From Candidatus Omnitrophota bacterium (GTDB taxonomy: Bacteria; Omnitrophota; Gorgyraeia; Zapsychrales; JANLHA01), in contig JAKLFA010000003.1 of NCBI GenBank assembly GCA_022711395.1, forward strand, positions 162,509-226,508: 64,000 nucleotides of DNA, read 5' to 3'. The notes below the pieces were generated by a model. It was not told the origin of the DNA and did no database searches. It saw only the letters and a program-made list of their open reading frames with translations. Below, one piece after another: positions 51,001 through 59,000 of this stretch. The first letter of the stretch is position 1. The number at the start of each line of letters is the position of its first letter. The position numbers were made by a program, and so were the translations under genes.

Positions 51001-53088
51001 GCCCTTGCCGTTGTCCACGATCCTGATCGAATGGGCGTCCAGCCCGACCCGGATATGGCGCCCTCCGAATGCGTCGCGTTCATCGCCGAAACCGAAGATC
51101 AGCCTGCGGCGGTCCCAGCCGTTGACATGGTCCTTTAGCCCATTCAATTCCAGGTCAATGCGCACATCCCTGACGAACCTGAAGCGGTCCTTGATGGACC
51201 CTGCGATCTGCTCCAGGACGCTGGACCCGTCCGGCGTTTTTTCAGCGGACAGGTCTCGCGCAGCCGAAACCTCCACCACGGTCCCCTGCTCCGCGCTTTC
51301 ACCGGCCTTTGAAAAAAACTCCTGCTCCGTCATCGCAGAGACCTGCACATACCACTGCCCATGGTCGTCACGGACGATCTGAAGATGGTTTGCCGTGCCG
51401 TCCGATGTCTTCGAATACACATCAATACGGTCTCTGCCGCTTTTATCAAGCCAGCTTAAGATCTGCTTAACGCCTTTGCCGAACTGTCCGATCCAGTGAT
51501 CCGAGCTTGCGCGCAACGCGTCGATACTGTTGGCGACCGCCTCCAGGACGCTCTGCGACTTGGCGTTCGCGTTTTGCCCCAGGACCGTCACGTTCAAACG
51601 GGGGTCTTTATAAGCATAACCACCGTCCGATCTGTTGATAAGGTCTACCGTTTCGGCTGAATATCCCCGCCGGGTCAACTCAAGAAGAATGCCGTTATAA
51701 TAAGCGGTCCGGGACCCTGCGGAGAACACATCATCCTCCTCCATGATCCCCAAATGCCGAAGCACGGCCTCAAGCCGCTCGTCATCCAGTTCCCGGTTCG
51801 CCAGGCGCTGCTGCGCGACCAAAAAATGTTCCAGGTCCACGCCTTGAAAAATACCGTCGCTCGATCTGTATTCCGTCGCCTGCAGCCGGGACTTGACCGC
51901 CCTGGCCAGAATATCCTCATCCCCCGCGATCCCAGTGCCCGTCGATGTCCCATCACGATAAAAACGGTAATGCCCGCTCAAAATGGCCGAGTTTCCTTCA
52001 AAACGGATATCGGCAGAAGCCGCCGGAACCTCTTCAATGGCCGGCTTCAAGTTTGTGCTGGAAAACCCGATCCCTCCGGAAAAATATTTTCGCGGAATGA
52101 TCTGCTGACTTAACGGGTCCTCTTCTTCCCGTATATAGTTGTAGACCCCTTTTTTAAATGACGCGACATACTGCTCGTAGATCCTTTGAGAGGCCTCTGG
52201 CTCATCATGCTCAACGCCACGCAGCTTGCCCTTGCTGCCGTAAACGCGCATCAGCATGCTTTCCCGAAGGGTATTCCGGTACCACGTCGCGAGGATCAGC
52301 GCGTAATAGATCTGCCGCAGGCGGGAAAAACTTTTTCCCGCGTTGACTTCCTGCTCAATCGCGGGAAGGATGATCTGCCGGTAAACTTCCTCCGCCTCCG
52401 CCGATATCGGATTTTTTTCCTCAACGCCGTTACTGGTCATGGCCAAATAATCCTTTTCGAGCATGACCTTGAGCCTGGCCTTGCTGATCACGGCTGTCTG
52501 CCCATGGACGGCGACCTGGGCCTTGTCCGGCATGATCCAGACCTTGTGGAAGGTTTCCAAAGGCGCGTCAGATTTTCCGAACTTTTTGGCGATCTGCGAC
52601 CGGACCGTTGACCAGAACTCCTGGCCCAGTTCTTTTTCAGGATATAGCAGCGAAGCGGAAAGCTGTTTCAAAAGATAGTCCTGCGCCAGAAGGTCCCGGC
52701 CCATTTCTGTCTGCCCAAAATCCGGCGCGATGATCCGGTGTTCCTCATAAGGAGACAGGTTGACCCAAAAATCCTCTTCCGGGATCGCCAATCCTGTCAG
52801 GAAAAAACGGATCAACGCCTCCCCTTCTTCTTTCAGTGCCTCCTGAGAAATGTCCTGACTGCCGGTGTCCACAATAAAATTAAATTCAAACGGCTTTTCG
52901 ATATCAAACTGCAGACCCTTTAAAAGTACCGGACTAAACGGCTGGCTGAATGAGACCATTTCCCCGATGACCGGCAAAGCCGGCATAGGTTGGGCCCAAG
53001 AACAGGTAGGATAGATCGAATAAAATACAAAATTTGCCAAAAATAAGCAAAAAAATGATTTTTTTATATACTTTTTTGTGTCGGCCAT
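45058..53088 (-). CDS. Giant 2676-aa exported protein with an N-terminal Sec signal peptide. It carries an N-box/G1/G2 motif set typical of the GHKL/Bergerat ATP-binding fold (aa about 1994-2065), a second degenerate GHKL-like motif set (aa about 515-700) and a C-terminal HExxH zincin-like motif (HEAAHFLEH, aa 2534-2542). Otherwise uncharacterised.
   Basis: Single uninterrupted 8031-nt ORF starting at the ATG at 53088. Signal peptide MADTKKYIKKSFFCLFLANFVFYSIYPTCSWA. Motifs read from the translation (listed under findings). Confidence 0.8.
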   Translation of the reverse strand: MADTKKYIKKSFFCLFLANFVFYSIYPTCSWAQPMPALPVIGEMVSFSQPFSPVLLKGLQFDIEKPFEFNFIVDTGSQDISQEALKEEGEALIRFFLTGLAIPEEDFWVNLSPYEEHRIIAPDFGQTEMGRDLLAQDYLLKQLSASLLYPEKELGQEFWSTVRSQIAKKFGKSDAPLETFHKVWIMPDKAQVAVHGQTAVISKARLKVMLEKDYLAMTSNGVEEKNPISAEAEEVYRQIILPAIEQEVNAGKSFSRLRQIYYALILATWYRNTLRESMLMRVYGSKGKLRGVEHDEPEASQRIYEQYVASFKKGVYNYIREEEDPLSQQIIPRKYFSGGIGFSSTNLKPAIEEVPAASADIRFEGNSAILSGHYRFYRDGTSTGTGIAGDEDILARAVKSRLQATEYRSSDGIFQGVDLEHFLVAQQRLANRELDDERLEAVLRHLGIMEEDDVFSAGSRTAYYNGILLELTRRGYSAETVDLINRSDGGYAYKDPRLNVTVLGQNANAKSQSVLEAVANSIDALRASSDHWIGQFGKGVKQILSWLDKSGRDRIDVYSKTSDGTANHLQIVRDDHGQWYVQVSAMTEQEFFSKAGESAEQGTVVEVSAARDLSAEKTPDGSSVLEQIAGSIKDRFRFVRDVRIDLELNGLKDHVNGWDRRRLIFGFGDERDAFGGRHIRVGLDAHSIRIVDNGKGMNVATLSRMFIPAEGGDKQAASQLTAEHIQNELDYLALAHEDMPEERSVVAFSRNGEIIKEIEVPSGIHPQGIFKGRLMLEMGRLLQVQQARDKIIFPSSESGQQAMAAGIEQVVRQILSITQDRMTDIDKLRLINSLINGLQELAGDNPHNQQVLQMMRGRVKELIGRVVLKLSGDPKYLFFPDDVQFSQVALPQGVTAVYLNEFLFDWQDGATALKSLQARAVSKDIISVSQRVNGRETELTLMAVDFNEDSMKQLQLGAKDAQIPMIETGTVILVPKQWMDVVLDLIEKRERDGALSDDEQIRLASLLERLSIQITKEEDLTTSYEMGGQRSRLQKKTGGSEGPGPSDVQPVGPDAAAIEGFLKEPSVKIFRPVAGEARNPSLKELARQKESTFGSFVDMINYISSEAGGPQKTGKYLGRHRNAYFFEKGVVVESARDEIVFRSFSRDEFVDPDQQKAHRFFPLDLFVNYRFSSERYLFGNTLVVRDGMAPILNIGEPFGSDRQSWDVIDIRTGAVKNKIETNGLKTKLIEHPDSETGFFIVNDASIPGESFQGTVWAYDCKNHSIDQTQMRESAGQGERISMMRNGAGYLNYIGEESWSNIAVHVFGVKRDPLDRANLDVPMMSGRPRYLVGTAKEGDRVFVVASQEALPSDIENGAKVLQDDPGLYWQLSVYDQLTGKLIYQGDFSGYSDSSVPRYFEGIEKKNGSVRDVDFILNPKKISDTVAAPVSENIRHLGGGLFIQYSMQPVSLLSNGYQGRMYRFFRMGENGQIISESKDHELADPGEFELEFIGQARIPVKFDSIDDRVAARIFFNPLTGQAAEANLEDFLTAEIFPGTVKSLVGPVRHTIGKETYFTIVLLDEQRTYSPSGDVHLLLTPDGLLYQIPFSEFVKSPALVPPSGEKDSIDFRWKQEHGSPATAMNRLSLIDPRLFVLGRAPVSRPRIGGKTLEAWNRLVAAHRAEWIGRAQAVYGPLLERVPDRLQREMAPGIFHLYVSESRRIQEQLKKQIDRAEGGEPVELGYEPFSKMAERMGAFVQALDRVLPDGSTVWQKIQGRFEQEGRKARADLYRNFFAGLMALAGADHEVNSAVLTEEFFLALSYGWYPRTEPLLSAMAPVQALIGKIQGSGAEHVSKVVQILQLLVNEEGVDPARFAGQLEKMLQYPRYIEEMSRAFEGFEQDELFRALTDPEADRGSLGILNDFFVFLVSDTEPIAKKKIEVFPGEFHSIDVTLDQLAMYNRSKPRRAEQDTDLYTIDDIIANSEAVSRQTGSAKLTEEIFKLVEVQREAGAYAAEIAQNSTDAGARNLEIEYYVDERSGMYVEEIWDDGAGPPLGKALALLIPQSNKAEAGQDSQVVGFFGTGKFTMYAGMDQVQIIMNNGVESFVFDVEVDYERRKLVLVEITKIPSSSVKKGVGIRRMRAPGKSLPELEQMIARRAWKMHAGMSAGGEFNIRFLKPAAEDGTLQDADVLAVRGKEALASAGLRVRSLDEGRTVEGSVRVWATADPDMPMQVVDRRGLRIDSLKEKEHFLDLVPQKLRRYAKQIGLVIQIDAPLRLIQNRSSFMEEDVVLPEIQKSVAVAFYRALVSRGLSKETTFTLDEVPRDWEVNPAEHYWNSVEPQNNPGLMLDGNIHMFDVIGQINQELFKGAAADSFDYDRLESMRDLCDRTDDVLTRVLVLIEAFVPDEQGRPQVNSYLQRRIKTQAKIDERRARLAAQKTGRDYERSLRSHDPHAQKRAQVAADMEESQSINPEDHVIDPGTEPLKALLRIGREVAGPLGLQDVKIVSGRGKRLPFSGLFSINMAGEVTMYLNADTLAEGIASLSGRHQATETVVHEAAHFLEHLVDSGGLKNLSGVFFISEKEESIFTHGKRFKFFMRQIAAQSLAEQAKKTEGGRRTGERGTNSAVLPGEGAPTGGIDLTDIDVETSAVTDQLWRRWTESLDAPELLLKEELTGLSPVVVNVLPHANVMHFLGQTP

Positions 53089-53183
53089 AATATAAATATA
53101 TATGATGATATAAGTATTTTGCCAAAAAACATGACTGGTTTTTTTATTTGCACTTTTATTCTTTTTTGAGTAAAGTATCTGGC

Positions 53184-54533
53184 ATGACTTTCTGGATCCT
53201 TGGATTTTTCACCCTGCTTCTTTATATTGGTTTTCAAGTTGCTCATCAAGCCAAAGACCCTTCTCAATTTTATGTGGCTGGAGCCGGAAACCCCGTTTGG
53301 CTCACCACAGCGAGTCTTTTAGCGACTATCCTGGGAAGCTCCGCGATCTTGGGCACGATCTCATTAAGTTCAAAAATAGGCTGGGCGGCGATATGGCTGA
53401 TGGGTTCTGCCAGTTTGGGTCTGTTCGCCCTGGTCCCACTTTCAAAATATGTCCGCCGCCACGGCCGCTTCACGCTGCCTGAACTGTTTGAAAAATTCTT
53501 CGGCAGACAGGCCTTCATTGTCTCCTCTGCCATCATCCCGATCGCCTGGACCGGCGTCATCGCGGCTCAGGTCATCGGAGGCGGAAAGATCTTAAGCGCG
53601 GCAACCCCGTTAAGCTACCCGGCCGGATGCATCTGCTCAGGAACAGTCTTCATCGTCTACACCCTTTTAGGAGGGCAGGTCTCAATCCTTAAAACGGATT
53701 TCTGGCAGGCCATTCTGATCGTGGCGGGGCTTTCCACCGGCGCGTTCTTCGCGCTCCAGTCTTTTCCAGCCCCCATGACAAGCCTGCAGGCGCCGTCCTT
53801 TCCGTTCAACGCACAGTTTACTCCGATGGACCTGGGCGTGCTCATTATGACGTATGCCTCAATGTTTCTGGTCGGGCCGGACATTTACTCAAGGCTTTTT
53901 TGCGCTAAGGACGAACGGGCGGCGGCCCAAAGCGTTCTGTGCGCGGCGGTCCTTCTGATCCCGGTCGGGATCCTTCTGACCACGATCGGGGTCATTTCAC
54001 AAGCCTTGTTTCCATCGGCAGAAATACACAATTTCCACTCATTGATCCAAACCCTGAGGCTGGTGCTGCCTCCCTGGGCCTTCGTCCTTATGATCCTGGC
54101 CCTGTTGTCGGCGGTCATGTCATCGGCGGACACGACACTCTTGACATCCGCCACGATCTTCAATGGGCTTTTCCATAATTTGACACAGCGCGAATCGGTC
54201 CGGTCAGCGCGAATCTGGATCGCCGTTTTTGGAGCAGGCTCGACCCTTATCGCCCTCTTCTTAAAAAGCATCATTGATTCGCTGCTTTTGGCCTTTTCCT
54301 GTTTTTCGGGAGCGTTCTTTGTGCCTGCTGTGGCGGGGCTGTTGGGGGCGCGTTTCTCAGAACAGCGGATCATCAAAGCCATGATCGCCGGAGGGGTCCT
54401 GGCCCTGGCCGGAAAGATCGTCTCCATCCTGTTCCATCAGAACGCCGGACATCTTTTGATCTTTTCGGCCTTTATCATGAACGCTCTGGTCCTTTTTCTG
54501 CCGGTGCCGTCAACAAAAAAACCGCTGCCGTGA
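53184..54533 (+). CDS. Sodium:solute symporter (SSS family).
   Basis: About 13-TM protein with a conserved SSS N-terminal region (FYVAGAG...W). Probable ATG start at 53184; the ORF-track TTG at 53148 is upstream. Divergent from the giant gene. Confidence 0.7.
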   Translation: MTFWILGFFTLLLYIGFQVAHQAKDPSQFYVAGAGNPVWLTTASLLATILGSSAILGTISLSSKIGWAAIWLMGSASLGLFALVPLSKYVRRHGRFTLPELFEKFFGRQAFIVSSAIIPIAWTGVIAAQVIGGGKILSAATPLSYPAGCICSGTVFIVYTLLGGQVSILKTDFWQAILIVAGLSTGAFFALQSFPAPMTSLQAPSFPFNAQFTPMDLGVLIMTYASMFLVGPDIYSRLFCAKDERAAAQSVLCAAVLLIPVGILLTTIGVISQALFPSAEIHNFHSLIQTLRLVLPPWAFVLMILALLSAVMSSADTTLLTSATIFNGLFHNLTQRESVRSARIWIAVFGAGSTLIALFLKSIIDSLLLAFSCFSGAFFVPAVAGLLGARFSEQRIIKAMIAGGVLALAGKIVSILFHQNAGHLLIFSAFIMNALVLFLPVPSTKKPLP

Positions 54534-54551
54534 CCGGCCAGCGGTTTTTTC
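54514..54551. terminator. Bidirectional rho-independent terminator (A-run - ACCGCTG-ccgtgaccggc-CAGCGGT - T-run) between the convergent SSS and gltD genes.
   Basis: 7-bp perfect stem flanked by A6 and T6. Confidence 0.6.
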
Positions 54552-54571
54552 ATCAAAGGGTCTTTCAAGCC

Positions 54572-56002
54572 TTAAATTTTCGCTTTCAGGAATTTGTCAA
54601 CGCCTTCCGCGGCAAGCCGACCCTCTTTGATCGCCCAGACGACCAGGGATTGCCCGCGGCGCAGATCACCGGCGGCAAAAATACCGGGCACGCTGGTCAT
54701 GAAATTCTTATCGGCTTTGACATTTCCTCGCTCATCCAGCTCCAGGCCGAGCTCTGCCACGGCCCCCTCTCGGACCGGCCCCAAAAAACCCATGGCCAAA
54801 AAGACATAATCACATTCGATTTCAAACTCGGACCCCTCAATCTCTTTCATGGGACGTCGTCCGGTCTTCGGGTCTTTTTCGCCAAATTCAAGACGGATGG
54901 CATGTAGCTTCTTCAACACTCCGTTCTCTCCGCTCAATTTCTTGGTCATCACGCAGAAATCCTGTTCAACGCCTTCTTCGTGTGAAGTGGACTTGCGTTC
55001 AACGAAGGCCCACTGCGGCCAGGGGTTGTCCGCCGCCCGCTCTTTGGGAGGACGCGGCAGGATCTCGAACTGCTTGACGCTCACCGCTCCCTGACGGTTA
55101 GAGGTCCCCACGCAGTCGGAACCCGTGTCTCCGCCGCCGATGACCACGACCTTTTTACCCTTCACATCAATGCGTTCGCCGTGGAATTTAAGGCCGCTGT
55201 TGACCCGGTTCTGCTGAGCTAAAAATTCCATGGCGAAATATACCCCTTTAAGTTCGCGTCCGGGAACATTCAAATCCCTTGGCGCTTCCGCTCCGCCGGA
55301 AAGAACAACGGCATGATGTTTCTTTTTAAGTTCGGACAGCAGAACATCTTTACCAACATGAACGCCCGTCTTGAACTCCACGCCTTCCTTTTTCATGATA
55401 TCAACACGGCGGTCAATGACCCTTTTGCTTAACTTAAAATCAGGAATGCCGAAACGCAGCAATCCTCCCGGGCGTTCGTTCTTTTCATAAAGCGTGACCT
55501 TATGACCGCTCTTGTTGAGCTGATCAGCGCACGCCAGACCAGCCGGTCCGGAACCAACGACCGCCACGGTCTTGCCGGTGCGCGTCTTCGGAGGACGCGG
55601 CTTGACCCATCCTTTTTCATAAGCCCGCTCAATGATCATCAGCTCTATGTTCTTGATCGTCACCGCCGGAAAATTATACCCGAGCACGCAGGCGTTCTCG
55701 CATGGGGCGGGGCAGATCCTCCCGGTGAATTCAGGAAAATTATTCGTTTTGAATAACCGCTCAATGGCCTCTTCCCACCGGTCATGATAAACAAGATCGT
55801 TCCATTCGGGGATCAGATTGTCGACCGGACATCCGGACTGACAAAACGGGATCCCGCAGTCCATGCACCGTGCGCCCTGGGCCTGAATCTCGTCATTCTT
55901 CAGGAATTGAATGAATTCATCCCAATGCTTGAGACGGTCTTCGACCGGCTCCTTGCCAATGTCCTGACGGTCGTGTTTTAAAAATCCCTTCACTTCACCC
56001 AT
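54572..56002 (-). CDS. gltD: Glutamate synthase small (beta) subunit, NADPH-dependent.
   Basis: N-terminal 4Fe-4S Cys cluster (CMDCGIPFCQSGCP), FAD/NAD Rossmann motifs (VAVVGSGPAGL, VVVIGGGDTG). ATG at 56002 preceded by AAAGAGGA; the ORF-track TTG at 56020 is upstream. Confidence 0.9.
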   Translation of the reverse strand: MGEVKGFLKHDRQDIGKEPVEDRLKHWDEFIQFLKNDEIQAQGARCMDCGIPFCQSGCPVDNLIPEWNDLVYHDRWEEAIERLFKTNNFPEFTGRICPAPCENACVLGYNFPAVTIKNIELMIIERAYEKGWVKPRPPKTRTGKTVAVVGSGPAGLACADQLNKSGHKVTLYEKNERPGGLLRFGIPDFKLSKRVIDRRVDIMKKEGVEFKTGVHVGKDVLLSELKKKHHAVVLSGGAEAPRDLNVPGRELKGVYFAMEFLAQQNRVNSGLKFHGERIDVKGKKVVVIGGGDTGSDCVGTSNRQGAVSVKQFEILPRPPKERAADNPWPQWAFVERKSTSHEEGVEQDFCVMTKKLSGENGVLKKLHAIRLEFGEKDPKTGRRPMKEIEGSEFEIECDYVFLAMGFLGPVREGAVAELGLELDERGNVKADKNFMTSVPGIFAAGDLRRGQSLVVWAIKEGRLAAEGVDKFLKAKI

Positions 56003-56050
56003 AATATCGTCCTCTTTCAAAAAGGGCGCTTCTTAAGCCCCTGTTTAGCT

Positions 56051-59000
56051 TTATTCCCATTGTGAATCGCTGACGGCCACGCCTTCTTCTTCAACGGCCA
56101 GGGCCGCTTTGCCCTGTTCAATAACGCGCCGATAGTCCCGCGGATACACTTTTACGAACTGCGGCAGGACCTCATCCCAGTGATCGAGCACGGAACGCGC
56201 GATCGAGCTGCCTGTATACTGATAATGCGACCGTATCAGCTGCAGCAGCTCCCTGGCGTCCTCGGCGGACTCTACCGGAAAGAGATCGGCCATGCCGTCA
56301 TTGAAGCGGGTGCGAAAATCCCCTTCTTTGTCCCAGACATAAGCGATGCCTCCGCTCATACCCGCGCCGAAGTTGCGTCCGGTCGGGCCCAATACGACCA
56401 CCCGTCCTCCGGTCATATATTCACAGCAATGGTCCCCAGCTCCTTCGACCACCGCCATGGCCCCGCTGTTACGGACACAAAACCTTTCACCGGCGACCCC
56501 TCTGAAATAGGCTTCACCGCAGATCGCTCCGTAAAGAAGGACGTTACCCACCAGGATGTTGTGTTCAGGAACGAACGCCGCGTTCTTAGGCGGATAAACG
56601 ATGATCTTCCCGCCGGAGAGACCCTTGCCAAGATAATCGTTGGCGTCACCCTCCAGAGTGAACGTAACCCCCCGGGCCAAGAACGCGCCGAAGCTCTGGC
56701 CAGCCGATCCGGTAAAATGGATTTTGATCGTGTCTTCCGGAAGTCCCTGCATGCCGTACATCCGGGCGATATAAGAGCTCAGCATCGTTCCGACCGTGCG
56801 GTTGACATTGCTGATCTCGGAATCAAAGCTCACCGGGCGATGCGTCTCGATCGCCTTTTTGCAATGCTTGATCAATTCGTTATCAAGGGCCCTTTCCAGG
56901 CCGTGCTGCTGTTTCTCCCCGCAGGAGATCGCGATGTGACTGTGGACATCAGGTTTATGCAGCACATAGGTCAGATCGATCCCCTTTGTCTTCCAATGAT
57001 CGATCGCTTCCTGCGTTTCCAGCATATCGACCCGTCCGATCATTTCTTTAAATGTTCGAAAACCCAATTCCGCCATGATCTCGCGAACCTCTTCGGCCAC
57101 GAACATGAAATAATTGACGACATGTTCTGGTTTGCCTTCGAACTTCTTACGCAGTTGCGGGTCCTGTGTCGCGATGCCCACGGAACAGGCGTTCAAATGG
57201 CATTTGCGAAGCATCATGCATCCCATGGCGACCAGCGCAACGGTGGCAAACCCGAATTCATCGGCGCCCAGCATCGCCGTAATGACCACGTCCCGTCCCG
57301 TGCGGATCAATCCGTCCGCCTGGACCCGGATGCGGCCCCGGAGGTCGTTCATGACCAAAACCTGCTGCGCTTCAGCCAGCCCGAGCTCCATGGGCAGCCC
57401 GGCGTATTTGATCGATGTCTGAGGAGATGCCCCTGTCCCGCCTTCGCATCCGCTGATCACCACGTGATCCGCCTTCCCCTTGGAAACGCCGGCGGCAACC
57501 GTTCCGACGCCGACTTCTGAAACCAGCTTCACGCTGATATCCGCGTTGGCGTTGGCGTTCTTCAGATCATGAATAAGCTGCGCCAGGTCTTCGATCGAAT
57601 AAATATCATGATGCGGCGGCGGCGAGATCAACCCCACGCCCGGCGTGGTCAACCGCGTCTTGGCGATCTCAGAACTCACCTTATGCCCGGGCAACTGCCC
57701 GCCTTCGCCGGGTTTTGCTCCCTGCGCCATCTTGATCTGGATCTGATCGGCGTTCACCAAATATTCGATCGTCACACCAAAACGGCCTTGCGCGACCTGT
57801 TTGATCCGGCTGCGCCGGAAATCGCCGTTCGGGTCACGTTTAAAACGCTCCGGATCTTCACCACCCTCGCCGGTATTGGAATATCCTCCCAGACGGTTCA
57901 TCGCGATGGCCAGACACTCATGGGCCTCCCGCGAGATCGAGCCATACGACATCCCGCCGGTAGCGAACCGCTTGACGATCTCAGAGGCCGGTTCGACCTC
58001 TTCGATCGGAATGGATTTTTTCTTTTTGAATTTCAGAAGCCCACGGATCGTCGTAAGGTTCGTTTCATAATTATTCAAATACTGCGCGAACTGGCGATAC
58101 GCCTCCTTATTGTTCGTCCGAACCGCATAATGAAGTCTTTCAATAGTAAAAGGATTGATCTGATGCTGCTCGTCGTTCTTGCGCCAATGATAAAACCCGC
58201 CGCTGTCCAGAACACCGGCATCCGGGCTCACCTCATCCCCGTAGACCGCTTCATGCCGCATCAGGGCCTCCTGAGCGAGGTCTTCGATCCCGATTCCTCC
58301 GATGCGAGAAACCGTCGCCGTAAAATAACGCCCGATCAACTCCTCGGACAGTCCAACCGCCTCGAAGATCTGGGCGCCGCAATAAGACTGGACCGTCGAG
58401 ATCCCCATTTTAGAAATGATCTTGAAAAGCCCTTTGCGAGTGCTCTTTAAGAAGTTCTTGACCGCGTCCGCGTGGGTCATGCCTTCCGGCAAAAGCCCTC
58501 TGGCAATATGGTCCGCGATGATCTCACCGATCAAATACGGATTGATCGCGTTGCACCCATAACCGATCAAAAGGGCGAAATGATGCATTTCACGCGCTTC
58601 CCCCGTCTCAACGACCAGGCTCACCTTGGTCCGGGTCTGCCGGCGCACCAAATGCTGATGCAGCCCCGAGCAAGCCAAAAGCGCCGGGATAGGGGCGTTC
58701 TTTTTATCCATCGCGCGGTCGGACAAGATCAAAATGCTGCATCCTTCTTCGATCGCCTTATCCGCCTGGGCAAAAAGGTCTTCCAGGGCCGGTTCCAAAC
58801 CTTTCTTTCCTAAAGCGGCTTCAAAGGTCATCGACAGCGTCCTGGATTGAAAATCAGGATCTTTAAGATCACGGATCTTTTCAAGTTCCCTGTTGGTCAA
58901 CAGCGGCCTTTTCAAACGGATCCGCCGGGCATGCGCGTCCATCTCTTCCAAAAGGTTCGCCTCGGCCCCAAGCACGACCTGCTCGGACATAACGTTTTCC

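Noticed and set aside
45058-53088. Annotating the giant protein as MutL, Hsp90, a histidine kinase or a DNA-gyrase-like ATPase.
   Set aside because: Only the ATP-lid motifs match. The protein is 2676 aa with a signal peptide and has no HisKA, transducer, MutL C-terminal or topoisomerase domains, so a family assignment is not justified from sequence reading alone.
53148-53183. ORF-track starts that translate non-ATG codons as Met (for example SSS transporter 53148, rpe 36410, gltD 56020, glnN-like 63942, tpsA 29403).
   Set aside because: Inspection shows these are TTG/GTG extensions upstream of better ATG or GTG plus RBS starts. Coordinates were adjusted where an RBS supports it.
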